From: Dehalococcoidales bacterium
GTDB lineage: Bacteria; Chloroflexota; Dehalococcoidia; Dehalococcoidales; ARS1013
Direction of reading: 5' to 3'
Length of the DNA stretch: 24,172 bases
Assembly (NCBI GenBank): GCA_030672225.1
Contig: DAOVGW010000021.1
Coordinates: 1-24,172 of the forward strand
This document shows positions 1 through 8,895 of this stretch, one piece after another. The notes under the pieces are model-generated. The model was not told the DNA's origin, did no database searches, and was given only the letters and a program-made list of their open reading frames with translations. Position 1 is the stretch's first letter. The number at the start of each line of letters is the position of its first letter. A program made the position numbers and the translations under genes.

Positions 1-17
1 AATACTAGCAAGCTTCT

Positions 18-1475
18 TCACCCCTTGATTACGCCAATAGGTCTTGTTCGGGCAACAATCTTGGAGATGCCGGCATTATGAGTAACACCGACCACAGAGG
101 TTACATCCTTGTAGGCCTCGGACGCCTCCTCGGCAAGCCCGGAGAGGCTGCCTGTCCGCACCGTTATACCACGTGACTCAAGTGCCGCCATCACATCTTT
201 CCCCCTAAGATGCCGTTTGGCAGCAGCCCGGCTTTGAATCCTGCCGGCACCGTGGCAGGTGGAACCAAAGGTCTCTCGCATCGCCTGCTCGGTCCCAATA
301 AGCACATAGGAAACCCGCCCCATGTCCCCAGGGATGAGAATTGGCTGTCCTATTCGGGAGTATTTCTGCGGCACATCGGGGTGACCGGCAGGGAAGGCCC
401 TGGTAGCACCCTTGCGATGGACACATAGCGTCTGCTTCTGGCCATCAATAGTATGTTCCTCTATCTTGGCAATGTTGTGAGCCACATCATAGATAAGCTC
501 CAGCCCGGCGTCCTCTTCGCCTATACCCAGTACCCGGCAGAAGGCCTCTCTCACCCAGTGAGTAATGCACTGGCGGTTGGCCCAGGCATAGTTGGCGGCA
601 CACCTCATAGCCGAAAGATAGGCTTGCCCTTCGTCAGAGCTTATCGGACTACAGGCAAGCTGGCGGTCAGGTAGCTCAATTCTGTACTTCGCCATTGCCC
701 TGACCATTTCCTTAATATAGTCACCGGCTACCTGATGCCCTAAGCCGCGGGAGCCACAATGAACAAGCAGCATAACCTGCCCAAGCTGGTCAATACCCAT
801 AGCTTTAGCAATATCTGTTTCATATATGTGGTCCACCACAGCCACCTCAAGAAAGTGATTCCCAGAGCCCAAAGTCCCCAGCTGTGGTATGCCACGCTCT
901 TTGGCTCTACTACTGACACGGGCTGGGCTAGCATCAGCCATCTCGCCCCCTTCCTCAGTAGTTTCCAGGTCCTCCAGCCGACCATATCCCTTGTCTACAG
1001 CCCAGCGTGAGCCATTGACCAGCACCTCGTTAATCTCCCCGGGACGCAGCCTTATCTTACCTCTTGAGCCCAAGCCTGAGGGGACATTCTCATAAAGGGC
1101 ATCTATGAGCTCCTTTATCTTAGGGCTGACCTCTTCTTGGGTCAGGTTGGTCCGCAACAGGCGAACCCCGCAGTTGATGTCAAAGCCAACACCACCCGGC
1201 GAGACCACGCCGTCTTTTGTGCTCATGGCGGCTACGCCACCTATGGGAAACCCATAGCCCCAGTGGATATCAGGCATAGCCAGAGAATAGCCGACTATAC
1301 CAGGCAGAAAGGCGACATTGGCTACCTGCTCCAGCACCTGTTCTCCCAGGATGTGCTTCAGCATATCCCGGTCGGCATAGATTAGCCCAGGCACGCGCAT
1401 GCCTGCCTTGTAGCTCTTTGGTATTCGCCAGCGGTAGTCATCTACCTTCTCCAGATGTCCAAGCCACCCAGCCAT
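18..1475 (-). CDS. rtcB: RNA-splicing/repair ligase RtcB (archaeal/eukaryotic-type, 3'-P/2',3'-cyclic-P to 5'-OH ligase)
   Basis: 485 aa with RtcB motifs MPDIHWGYG, DINCGVR, GTLGSGNHFLE, HCGSRG, YDVAHN, HRKGATR, PGDMG, CHGAGR and EEASEAYKD; RBS GGAGGTGAGGTT-ATG overlaps the archease stop. Confidence 0.97.
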   Translation of the reverse strand: MAGWLGHLEKVDDYRWRIPKSYKAGMRVPGLIYADRDMLKHILGEQVLEQVANVAFLPGIVGYSLAMPDIHWGYGFPIGGVAAMSTKDGVVSPGGVGFDINCGVRLLRTNLTQEEVSPKIKELIDALYENVPSGLGSRGKIRLRPGEINEVLVNGSRWAVDKGYGRLEDLETTEEGGEMADASPARVSSRAKERGIPQLGTLGSGNHFLEVAVVDHIYETDIAKAMGIDQLGQVMLLVHCGSRGLGHQVAGDYIKEMVRAMAKYRIELPDRQLACSPISSDEGQAYLSAMRCAANYAWANRQCITHWVREAFCRVLGIGEEDAGLELIYDVAHNIAKIEEHTIDGQKQTLCVHRKGATRAFPAGHPDVPQKYSRIGQPILIPGDMGRVSYVLIGTEQAMRETFGSTCHGAGRIQSRAAAKRHLRGKDVMAALESRGITVRTGSLSGLAEEASEAYKDVTSVVGVTHNAGISKIVARTRPIGVIKG

Positions 1476-1486
1476 AACCTCACCTC

Positions 1487-1897
1487 CTAAACATCAAAAA
1501 TAACCCGTACCTCGCTCTTCTCTTGGTCCACTTTGAGCATATGATAGGTAGCTGACTTGACCCCTATCTTCAACTGATGGCGGGACGGGTCATACTTTTC
1601 ACCATAACATATTGCCTTCAATCGCTTTTCACCAAAGTCACTTATATCAAACCTTTTAAACAGAAGCATTTCAACATCAAAGAAATATATCAGGCTGTTA
1701 AGCCACTGGAAAAGTAAAGCCTCTAGGTCATCCTCACTTATCTCCAGTCGGCGGGACTCAATTTCTTTTACCGTCCTAAGCTCGGTGATAATAGAGAACA
1801 TGCCATAAGCAGCGTTAGAAAACGCCTCGGCTAAAGTCTTGCCATAAGCAATCAACCCCATATCGGCAGTATGCTCTATAAACTGAAATCTCTTCAT
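1487..1897 (-). CDS. Archease (RtcB activator)
   Basis: N-terminal F-x-F-I-E-HTADMGL-x-AYG, C-terminal VKSATYH motif; directly upstream of rtcB. Start set at ATG 1897 (MKRFQF); the ORF track starts at TTG 1906. Confidence 0.93.
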   Translation of the reverse strand: MKRFQFIEHTADMGLIAYGKTLAEAFSNAAYGMFSIITELRTVKEIESRRLEISEDDLEALLFQWLNSLIYFFDVEMLLFKRFDISDFGEKRLKAICYGEKYDPSRHQLKIGVKSATYHMLKVDQEKSEVRVIFDV

Positions 1898-1990
1898 CTT
1901 TACCAAAAGAGCCCATCACCAGTATAACCCTAACAGAAGATGCTGGCAGTGGTAGCTAAAAGACCTGATTTCAGATACTCTTCCTCTTTG

Positions 1991-2065
1991 TGGAGCGGGT
2001 GATGGGATTCGAACCCACGACGTCTTGCTTGGGAAGCAAGCACTCTACCACTGAGTTACACCCGC
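1991..2065 (-). tRNA. tRNA-Gly(CCC), 75 nt, CCA encoded
   Basis: Reverse complement folds as GCGGGTG/CACCCGC acceptor stem, ACTC/GAGT D stem, CTTGC-TTCCCAA-GCAAG anticodon arm, GTGGG-TTCGAAT-CCCAT T arm, discriminator T then CCA. Confidence 0.98.
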
Positions 2066-2078
2066 CAAAATCATAGCT

Positions 2079-2107
2079 ATTTTAGCCCAAAGAACAATAG
2101 CTGTAAA
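2079..2107 (-). promoter_or_regulatory. Sigma70-type promoter for tRNA-Gly (possibly also archease-rtcB)
   Basis: Minus strand TTTACA-N17-TAAAAT ending 13 nt upstream of the tRNA 5' end. Confidence 0.65.
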
Positions 2108-2131
2108 GAGGAGAACTTAACCCGAATCAGG

Positions 2132-3037
2132 CTACTGCGGTCTCACCAGAAAGACCGGGGTAGAGACACCTAACATAACCTTCTCGGTGACACTGCCGTA
2201 GGCCCAGCGGCTGATTCCAGAGCGGGCATAGATTACCATAACGGTGAGGCTAAAATGATTTTTATCGGCATAGTCAACAATCCCATCAGCGGGCTTGCCC
2301 AGTAGCACTTCTGAGCGCACCTTAAGGCCAGCATCCTTAAGCCGTTTCTCTACTTCTGCCAGATATGACCCAGCTACTAGTTTGCACTTAACCGTTTCTT
2401 GTTCTACATGCTCCTCCCAACTCAGAGGCATAGCAGGAGGATAGTCTGATGAGATGACCGGGGGGCCGCAAACCCTAAGCAGAACCACATCCACTAGCTC
2501 AGTGCCCCACTGCTTCGCCAGCGTTTCAACATGGGGAAGCACCAGTTCAGCTAGCTTTGAACCATCCAGTGGCACCAGTATTTTTCTTATTGGTAATTTG
2601 TCATGAATAATCTTCTCGGAAACCCCTGCCCGAACCAGCCAGACAGGGACCTTCGATGCCCGCAGCACTCTATAAGCCACGCTCCCCATTGCCCAGCGGT
2701 TAATTCCAGAGCGGCCATGGGTTGCCATAAGGATAAAATCAATGCCGTTCTTATCAGCAAAACGAAGGATTTCTTCAGCCGGGTTGCCCATAGCCAGTTC
2801 ACCCCGTGCCTCTACTGTCCCCTCACTCAGTTGAACCCTTTCTGGCTGTTGCATAATAATCTCAGCTGCCCGCTCAATATAGGCGCGACGCATGGGTATC
2901 AACCCCTGTTCCTGCGGGCTATACACATTTAGTAGAATCACCTCTACCCCTAGCCTGCCAGCAAGCTCTTTGGCATAACTAAAGACTAGCTCAGCCAGCT
3001 CTGAGCCGTCCAGGGGGACCAGCATCTTCTTGTACAT
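2132..3037 (-). CDS. Universal stress protein with two tandem USP domains
   Basis: Two repeats: YKKMLVPLDGSELAE...MATHGRSGINRWAMGSVA and IRKILVPLDGSKLAE...YARSGISRWAYGSVT. Start at ATG 3037 with RBS GGAGG. Confidence 0.93.
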   Translation of the reverse strand: MYKKMLVPLDGSELAELVFSYAKELAGRLGVEVILLNVYSPQEQGLIPMRRAYIERAAEIIMQQPERVQLSEGTVEARGELAMGNPAEEILRFADKNGIDFILMATHGRSGINRWAMGSVAYRVLRASKVPVWLVRAGVSEKIIHDKLPIRKILVPLDGSKLAELVLPHVETLAKQWGTELVDVVLLRVCGPPVISSDYPPAMPLSWEEHVEQETVKCKLVAGSYLAEVEKRLKDAGLKVRSEVLLGKPADGIVDYADKNHFSLTVMVIYARSGISRWAYGSVTEKVMLGVSTPVFLVRPQ

Positions 3038-3062
3038 TCTCAGACCTCCAACTATCAATCTA

Positions 3063-3091
3063 ATAATATACTACATTTAAGGGAAACTCAA
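3063..3091 (-). promoter_or_regulatory. Candidate sigma70 promoter for the USP gene
   Basis: Minus strand TTGAGT-N17-TATTAT. Confidence 0.45.
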
Positions 3092-3109
3092 CCCGCTCAC
3101 TAGCGGACA

Positions 3110-3139
3110 TTGCACCGCACTAAAAGTATAAGGTATAAT
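3110..3139 (+). promoter_or_regulatory. Candidate sigma70 promoter for moaB-moeA
   Basis: TTGCAC (3110-3115)-N18-TATAAT (3134-3139). Confidence 0.6.
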
Positions 3140-3188
3140 AAGCTCCATTAAGCAGACTGCGCCATATCCGAATGACAAACTAGGTAAA

Positions 3189-3692
3189 ATGGGATACCAA
3201 GAACACAAACAAGAGGCGCCTAAAAGCGTAAACTGCGCCGTCCTCATCATCTCCAATACCAGAACCGAGCAAAATGATGAATCTGGTAAGCTCATTATAC
3301 GGGCGCTTAAGAGAAACGGTCATCGGGTAGTGTCTTACTGCATTTTGAAAAACGATGCCGACTCAATCCGCAAGAAACTGGATGAGCTTCTTCAAGAAGA
3401 AAGTCTGCAAGTCATTATTACCAGCGGGGGCACCGGAATAAGCCACCTGGATGTTACTGTGGAGACAATAACCCCATCTCTGGAGAAGAAACTGGATGGT
3501 TTTGGAGAACTCTTTCGCTTTTTGACCCACCAGGAGCTAGGCAGCGGCAGTATCATGAGCCGGGCAATAGGCGGTGTCGCCAAAGGGAAAGTTATCCTCT
3601 GCCTTCCGGGCTCGGTTGGAGCAGTAAGCTTGGCGATGGAGCAAATTATCTTGCCTGAAATCGGGCATCTAGTCAGGGAAGCGACAAGATGA
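3189..3692 (+). CDS. moaB: MoaB/MogA-family molybdopterin adenylyltransferase-like protein
   Basis: MGYQEHKQEAPK N-terminus, ITSGGTGISHLDVT, LDGFGELFR, SRAIGG, LPGSVGAV; ATGA overlap with moeA. Confidence 0.9.
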   Translation: MGYQEHKQEAPKSVNCAVLIISNTRTEQNDESGKLIIRALKRNGHRVVSYCILKNDADSIRKKLDELLQEESLQVIITSGGTGISHLDVTVETITPSLEKKLDGFGELFRFLTHQELGSGSIMSRAIGGVAKGKVILCLPGSVGAVSLAMEQIILPEIGHLVREATR

Positions 3693-4894
3693 GACCATTT
3701 GGAGCACTGACTTCTTTTTCCGAAGCCACAAGAATAATCGACGCCAGCATAGAACCAATCCCGAGAACCGAGACAATCCGCATTGATGACGGCTTGGGCA
3801 GGGTGCTGGCAGAAGACTTAATCGCCACCCGAAGCACACCCCCATTCAACAGAGCGGCTATGGACGGCTACGCCGTCAAGGCAAAAGATACCTTTGGCGC
3901 TTCCCGCGAGAGCCCCAAGCTGCTTAATGTGGTTGATGTTCTATACGCCGGGTCAGTGCCTCAAAAAAAGGTGGCCGCCGGAGAGTGTATCCAGATTGCT
4001 ACCGGGGCTGTACTGCCAGCCGGTGCCGACTCCGTGGTTATGATTGAAGATGTCGCCAGGGAAAATAGTCGAATAAAGCTATTCAAGCCGCTCTACCCGG
4101 GAGCCAATATCGCTCTAAAGGGGGAAGACATAAAAAAAGGGGAGCTGATTCTCAAGCAGGGCACCCTTTTGGCACCGGCCAAGATAGGCGTAATTACCTC
4201 TCAGGGGATGCGCCGGGTCAGAGTATATGAAAAACCGAAAGTGATGGTAATCCCCACCGGCGAAGAGATAGGCGAACTGGGTAAAAAATTAAGACCGGGG
4301 CAGGTCTATGATATTAATTCTTACACACTGAGTGCCGTGGCAAAAGAAAGCGGTTGCCTGCCTGTTAAATCCAATATTGTAAGCGATAACATCCCCGAAA
4401 TCAAAGCCACCATCAGCGAGGCACTGAAGAGCGACTTTGTGATTATCTCTGGCGGCTCCTCTGTGGGCGAGAGAGACCTTCTGTTTGGCATTCTTAAGGA
4501 ATGGGGACAGGTTCTCTTTCACGGCGTTCAGATAAAGCCGGGCAAGCCAACCATGTTTGCCATGGTAAGAGGAAAACCGGTCATGGGAATGCCTGGCTAC
4601 CCCACTTCCTGCATGATGAACGCCTACATATTCCTCAAGCCGGCGCTGAGAAAGCTGGCTCACCTGCCACCGAAAAAAGAGCTAACCATTGACGCCAGAC
4701 TCGGCGAAAGAGTTCTCGGCAGTGTCGGGCGTAGACAGTTCCTGCCGGTCATGGTCGAGGCAGATATTGCCATCCCTATATTCAAAGAATCGGGAACAAT
4801 AACGGCCACCGCCAGAGCTGACGGCTATATCGTGGTAGCAGAAAATACCGATACACTGGAGAGGGGCGAACCAGTCACGGTAACGCTCTTCTAA
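3689..4894 (+). CDS. moeA: Molybdopterin molybdo/tungsto-transferase MoeA
   Basis: GRVLAEDL, PPFNRAAMDGYAV, IATGA, GEDI, TGEE, DINSY, SGGSSVGERD, IKPGKP, GMPGYPTS; 401 aa, no fused binding-protein domain. Confidence 0.96.
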   Translation: MRPFGALTSFSEATRIIDASIEPIPRTETIRIDDGLGRVLAEDLIATRSTPPFNRAAMDGYAVKAKDTFGASRESPKLLNVVDVLYAGSVPQKKVAAGECIQIATGAVLPAGADSVVMIEDVARENSRIKLFKPLYPGANIALKGEDIKKGELILKQGTLLAPAKIGVITSQGMRRVRVYEKPKVMVIPTGEEIGELGKKLRPGQVYDINSYTLSAVAKESGCLPVKSNIVSDNIPEIKATISEALKSDFVIISGGSSVGERDLLFGILKEWGQVLFHGVQIKPGKPTMFAMVRGKPVMGMPGYPTSCMMNAYIFLKPALRKLAHLPPKKELTIDARLGERVLGSVGRRQFLPVMVEADIAIPIFKESGTITATARADGYIVVAENTDTLERGEPVTVTLF

Positions 4895-5337
4895 GCTAAC
4901 TTAAGCTCATCCCCCGCCCTGACCACACCCCCCTTAATCACCCTGGTAAAAATCCCTTCAGCGGGCATTACGCAGGTGCCAACCTGCTTGAATATGGCAC
5001 AGCGGTCGTGGCATTCCTTGCCAATCTGGGTCATTTCCAGGATAATATCCTGCCCCACACTAAAGCGTGTGCCAATGGGCAGGGTGAAAAGCTCCATGCC
5101 TTCAATGGTCAGATTCTCAGCGAAATCCCCGGGGCCTACATCAGCACCGAGGGCTCGTATTTTATCAATGCTGGTCTGCGACAGCATGCTTACCTGGCGG
5201 TGCCAGCCCGAGTCGGCATGGGCATCGCCGACAAGTCCGTATTCTTCCTTGAGAATCCCTTCTTTGATAGCCTTTTTCCTCTGTCCCTTTTTCTCACTTG
5301 AGCAAACCGCTATTATTTTAGCCATCTGATTTCGCAT
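4891..5337 (-). CDS. Small MOSC-domain protein
   Basis: [31 protein letters not shown]...C...[18 protein letters not shown]. Alternative start ATG 5325 (MAKII). Confidence 0.88.
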   Translation of the reverse strand: MRNQMAKIIAVCSSEKKGQRKKAIKEGILKEEYGLVGDAHADSGWHRQVSMLSQTSIDKIRALGADVGPGDFAENLTIEGMELFTLPIGTRFSVGQDIILEMTQIGKECHDRCAIFKQVGTCVMPAEGIFTRVIKGGVVRAGDELKLA

Positions 5338-5812
5338 CCTCTCCTCTTATATAAATTCCGCTCTTACCACCCCTTTTACTTTCAAGATATATTTGCTCGA
5401 TAGTCATACCGCGGTCAACAGCCTTGCACATATCATAAATGGTCAGGGCACTGACTGAGGCGGCAACCAGAGCCTCCATCTCCACCCCGGTCTTACCGCT
5501 GCACTTTACTGCAGTTTTTATCTTTATGTAACTATCACCCATAAACTCAAAATCAACGGTAACATTACTAATCAGTATCGGATGGCACAGGGGGATTAGG
5601 CTAGGTGTCTGCTTGGCTGCCATAATACCAGCCACCCTGGCTACCGCCAGAACATCACCCTTCTTAAGCCCCTGCTGTTTGATTTTATCTAGAGTTTCCG
5701 GCTTCATCCTGACACCAGCCACCGCCACCGCCTCACGTACCGTGTCACCTTTCTCGGTAACATCCACCATCCGTGCCTTTCCCTTTGCGTCTACATGGGT
5801 TAACTCTGTCAT
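5318..5812 (-). CDS. moaC: Cyclic pyranopterin monophosphate synthase MoaC
   Basis: [62 protein letters not shown]. Start at ATG 5812 with RBS GAGGAGAGG. Confidence 0.96.
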   Translation of the reverse strand: MTELTHVDAKGKARMVDVTEKGDTVREAVAVAGVRMKPETLDKIKQQGLKKGDVLAVARVAGIMAAKQTPSLIPLCHPILISNVTVDFEFMGDSYIKIKTAVKCSGKTGVEMEALVAASVSALTIYDMCKAVDRGMTIEQIYLESKRGGKSGIYIRGEDAKSDG

Positions 5813-5847
5813 CTCTACCCCCTCTCCTCTCATTCTAACCAAACGCC

Positions 5848-6831
5848 TCAGCCTCCTATCTGCCACATCTGCCGCTTACTAGGGACAAACTCTTCGCTCA
5901 AGCAATGCTGCTCTTTCTTCAAGACAGCCGCCTGGTGCATCAACTTCTTTAGCTCCTCAATACTGGCACCCATGCGCAGCGGCCCTTTTAGGTCAACCTC
6001 ACTGTCCTCCAGCAAGCAAGGCCGCAACCGACCATCCGCAGTGAGCCGAAAGCGATTGCACTCAGAGCAAAAGCAATCAGTTACTGGCCCAATAAATCCT
6101 ATAGTCCCCTTGGCTCCCGATAACTGGTAGTACTTAGCCGGACCATTGCCCGACGCTGGCCAGCAAGGCTCCAGCACACCAAGGGGCCTCTGGATAATGG
6201 CCATCATGTCCTTGATAGCCACCAGCTGAGCTTTTTCAGCCCCCGCTGTTACCAGAGGCATGTGTTCAATAAATCTTATATGCCAGCCTTGGCTAACGCT
6301 CATTTGGGCAAAATCAACGAGTTCATCGTCATTAAAACCCTTTAGAACTACCGTGTTTATCTTTACCGGGTTCAGCCCGACCCGCCTGGCTGTCTCAATG
6401 CCACTAAGCACATCCTTCAGCTTATCACCGCCGGTAATCTGCTTGAACTTATCCGCCTTAAATGTATCCAGGCTGATATTAACCCGCTTAAGGCCGGCCG
6501 CCTTAAGTTCAGCGGCATACCTACTAAGCAGAATCGCATTAGTCGTAAGAGCGATATCATCAATGCCTTCTATCTGGTAAAGCAACTTCACCAGTGTGCT
6601 CAGGTTAGGCCTCACCAGTGGCTCACCGCCGGTGAGGCGGACACGCCTCATGCCCAACCCGACCGCTGCCTGGACTACCCTCCGGATTTCCTCATAGGAG
6701 AGAATTTCATCATGTGGTAGATGGGGCACCGACTCTGCTGTGCAATAGGCACAACGCAGATTACAGCGATCAGTAACCGAGATTCGTATGTAATCAATTC
6801 GCCGACGAAAAGAGTCAAAAAGGTCTGTCAT
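5848..6831 (-). CDS. moaA: GTP 3',8-cyclase MoaA (radical SAM)
   Basis: [25 protein letters not shown]-terminal [19 protein letters not shown] cluster motif, terminal QIGG. Confidence 0.97.
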   Translation of the reverse strand: MTDLFDSFRRRIDYIRISVTDRCNLRCAYCTAESVPHLPHDEILSYEEIRRVVQAAVGLGMRRVRLTGGEPLVRPNLSTLVKLLYQIEGIDDIALTTNAILLSRYAAELKAAGLKRVNISLDTFKADKFKQITGGDKLKDVLSGIETARRVGLNPVKINTVVLKGFNDDELVDFAQMSVSQGWHIRFIEHMPLVTAGAEKAQLVAIKDMMAIIQRPLGVLEPCWPASGNGPAKYYQLSGAKGTIGFIGPVTDCFCSECNRFRLTADGRLRPCLLEDSEVDLKGPLRMGASIEELKKLMHQAAVLKKEQHCLSEEFVPSKRQMWQIGG

Positions 6832-6864
6832 TTTTCTCTCCCTATTCTACCATAGCCACTATGG

Positions 6865-7836
6865 CTAAGTTACTGATTTTTCCACAACATAATCCCTGAG
6901 TTCAGTAGGCACTTTAGTCAAGTCATTGGTAACCGCCGGCACTATGAGCCTGTGCCCATTCTCCTCCATGATGAGCTGCCCCTCCGGTCCAAGCAAAAAC
7001 TGCAAAAACTCTACGGCTAGGTCAACTCGGGGAGCGTTTTTAGGGATTGTAACGGCATAGAAAATAGGCTGACCTATCTGTGTCTGGATGGAGCCAAGCT
7101 CCCTGCCAACTACCTCAACCTCGGCTTGAGCATAAAAATCGGTGTACTTGACATCTGATAAGTCAATCTGAGATGGCAGCTCAACAAATTTTAAGCCATG
7201 TTGCTCGGCAATAGAACGATAGAAAAAGGCATAGTCCAAGTCACCACTCTGAAGCGGAGCAATCAACTCGGTCTCCTTTGACCTCATATACTTACCCCCG
7301 TCAGGGCAGTCAGCCAGCAGGCTGTCATACAGACCGGGGACATCATAGTACTGCTCAGCCAGTTGCCATACCAGCAGTGTCCGGTATCCACAAGGGTCAG
7401 CATCAGGGTTGGCACGACCATATGCTACCCCTTCCCGGCTCAGTATCTGATACCAGTTATCCCCGTTTATCTCATCACTAAACTTTGACTCATCAGTATA
7501 GGCTATAACCATTTGATTGCTGACAAAGATGATGTACCAGTCAGCAAAATCGGGGAACATTAGCTGCTCAATAGCCATATAGTCTGCCGAGCCGATAATG
7601 TCAGCTTGCTTGCCCAGTTCGGTCACTTTACGTATTGTAGTACGGCTGCCGGCTGACTCCGTCTCAATCTTGATATCCGGGTGAATGTCCTCAAAGGCAT
7701 CTGCTACCGCCGCAAAGGGAACACCAAGACTACCGGCATGAAATATAGTAACCGTATCCTTAGTGCCAGTTTGGCAACTGGCCGCCATCAGCATGACCAG
7801 CAGTAAGCCAAATATAACGCCAACTAGTTTCTTCAA
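6865..7836 (-). CDS. wtpA: Tungstate/molybdate ABC transporter substrate-binding lipoprotein (WtpA-type)
   Basis: Signal peptide with lipobox MAASC; FHAGSL, SAGSRTTIRKV, SADY, DPCGYR and RSKETEL carrying the Asp/Glu ligands typical of WtpA/archaeal ModA; TTG start. Confidence 0.88.
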   Translation of the reverse strand: MKKLVGVIFGLLLVMLMAASCQTGTKDTVTIFHAGSLGVPFAAVADAFEDIHPDIKIETESAGSRTTIRKVTELGKQADIIGSADYMAIEQLMFPDFADWYIIFVSNQMVIAYTDESKFSDEINGDNWYQILSREGVAYGRANPDADPCGYRTLLVWQLAEQYYDVPGLYDSLLADCPDGGKYMRSKETELIAPLQSGDLDYAFFYRSIAEQHGLKFVELPSQIDLSDVKYTDFYAQAEVEVVGRELGSIQTQIGQPIFYAVTIPKNAPRVDLAVEFLQFLLGPEGQLIMEENGHRLIVPAVTNDLTKVPTELRDYVVEKSVT

Positions 7837-7848
7837 AAACGCCCCCTT

Positions 7849-8895
7849 TTAAAATATATGAACTGCGGATGCCTTAAACGTTATGTAAACCGTCATTCCT
7901 TCTCTCAAACTCATCTCCTCATATGAGCGGCGAGTGATAAGACAGATAAAATCCGGCGGCACACTTACCGTCAGATAGATAACTGAACCCTTATCAGCTA
8001 TATGAGTGATGGTGCCGGAAAGAGAATTGAGGGCACTGGAGGCCAGAGGCTCCTTAGAAATCAGAATGTCCTCGGGGCGAATAGTGGCATGTAGCTGACC
8101 GCGCAGGTCAGTGACTACTACCAGCTTCGTCCCGCCGACACTAAAAGTAGCCTGCCCGCTTCGGCCATCCTGGACATCGCCTTCAAAGATATTACGAGCC
8201 AGGGCAAAACGGGCGACAAACTCTGAATTTGGGCTGCGAAATATCTGCTGGGGGGTTCCCGTCTGGATTATGTGACTGTTACCTAAAACCGCAATCCGGT
8301 CGCCCAAGGCAACCGCCTCCTCAAAATCGTGGGTAACGTGTATGGTGGTTACCTTCAGTTGGTCATGCAGTTGTCTCAGCTCTCGCTGAGTCGCCTCCCT
8401 TGTCTCCGGGTCAAGGGCGCTAAGTGGTTCATCGAGGAGAAGAAGCTCCGGCTCTATGGCCAAGGCGCGAGCCAGAGCCACTTTCTGGCTTTCACCACCA
8501 CTTAAGGTAACAGGCTTCCTATTCATAAGATGAGAAATGCCAAGAAGCTCAGCCAGCCGACTGGCAGTGGCTTCTATTTCCTGCTTTGACTCATCCCTAT
8601 GCTTTAATCCGAAGCATATATTCATAGCCACTGTTAAATGGGGAAAGAGCATATGGTCCTGGTAAGCAAAACCAATGTTTCTTCTCTCCGGACCGAGTAA
8701 GGTTACATCCCGGTTATTGACCTTTATCTGGCCACTTTTTATCGGACAAAGTCCAGCAATAGCCTCTAGTAACACTGTTTTACCGGCACCGGTTGGCCCC
8801 AGGAGTATGAAATACTCACCGTCCTTGACTTCTAAGTTAATATCCTCAAGAAAGAAGCCGCCCAGAGAAAGACTTAAGTTTTTTATCTCTATCAT
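7849..8895 (-). CDS. wtpC: Tungstate/molybdate ABC transporter ATPase with C-terminal TOBE domain (WtpC-type)
   Basis: Walker A GPTGAGKT, signature LSGGE, Walker B LLLLDEP, VTHD, C-terminal SALN..SGTI Mop/TOBE motif. Start at ATG 8895 (ATGA overlap with the permease stop). Confidence 0.88.
   Translation of the reverse strand: MIEIKNLSLSLGGFFLEDINLEVKDGEYFILLGPTGAGKTVLLEAIAGLCPIKSGQIKVNNRDVTLLGPERRNIGFAYQDHMLFPHLTVAMNICFGLKHRDESKQEIEATASRLAELLGISHLMNRKPVTLSGGESQKVALARALAIEPELLLLDEPLSALDPETREATQRELRQLHDQLKVTTIHVTHDFEEAVALGDRIAVLGNSHIIQTGTPQQIFRSPNSEFVARFALARNIFEGDVQDGRSGQATFSVGGTKLVVVTDLRGQLHATIRPEDILISKEPLASSALNSLSGTITHIADKGSVIYLTVSVPPDFICLITRRSYEEMSLREGMTVYITFKASAVHIF

Noticed and set aside
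1907-2131. tRNA-Gly as an integration site for a genomic island
   Set aside because: No integrase and no duplicated tRNA 3' end were seen in the window; the flanking genes are housekeeping.
6842-6864. Internal moaA promoter (TGGTAGAAT) with a CCATAG-N3-CTATGG palindrome
   Set aside because: There is no usable -35 and the palindrome is short; it may be an intercistronic mRNA hairpin, but support is too weak.
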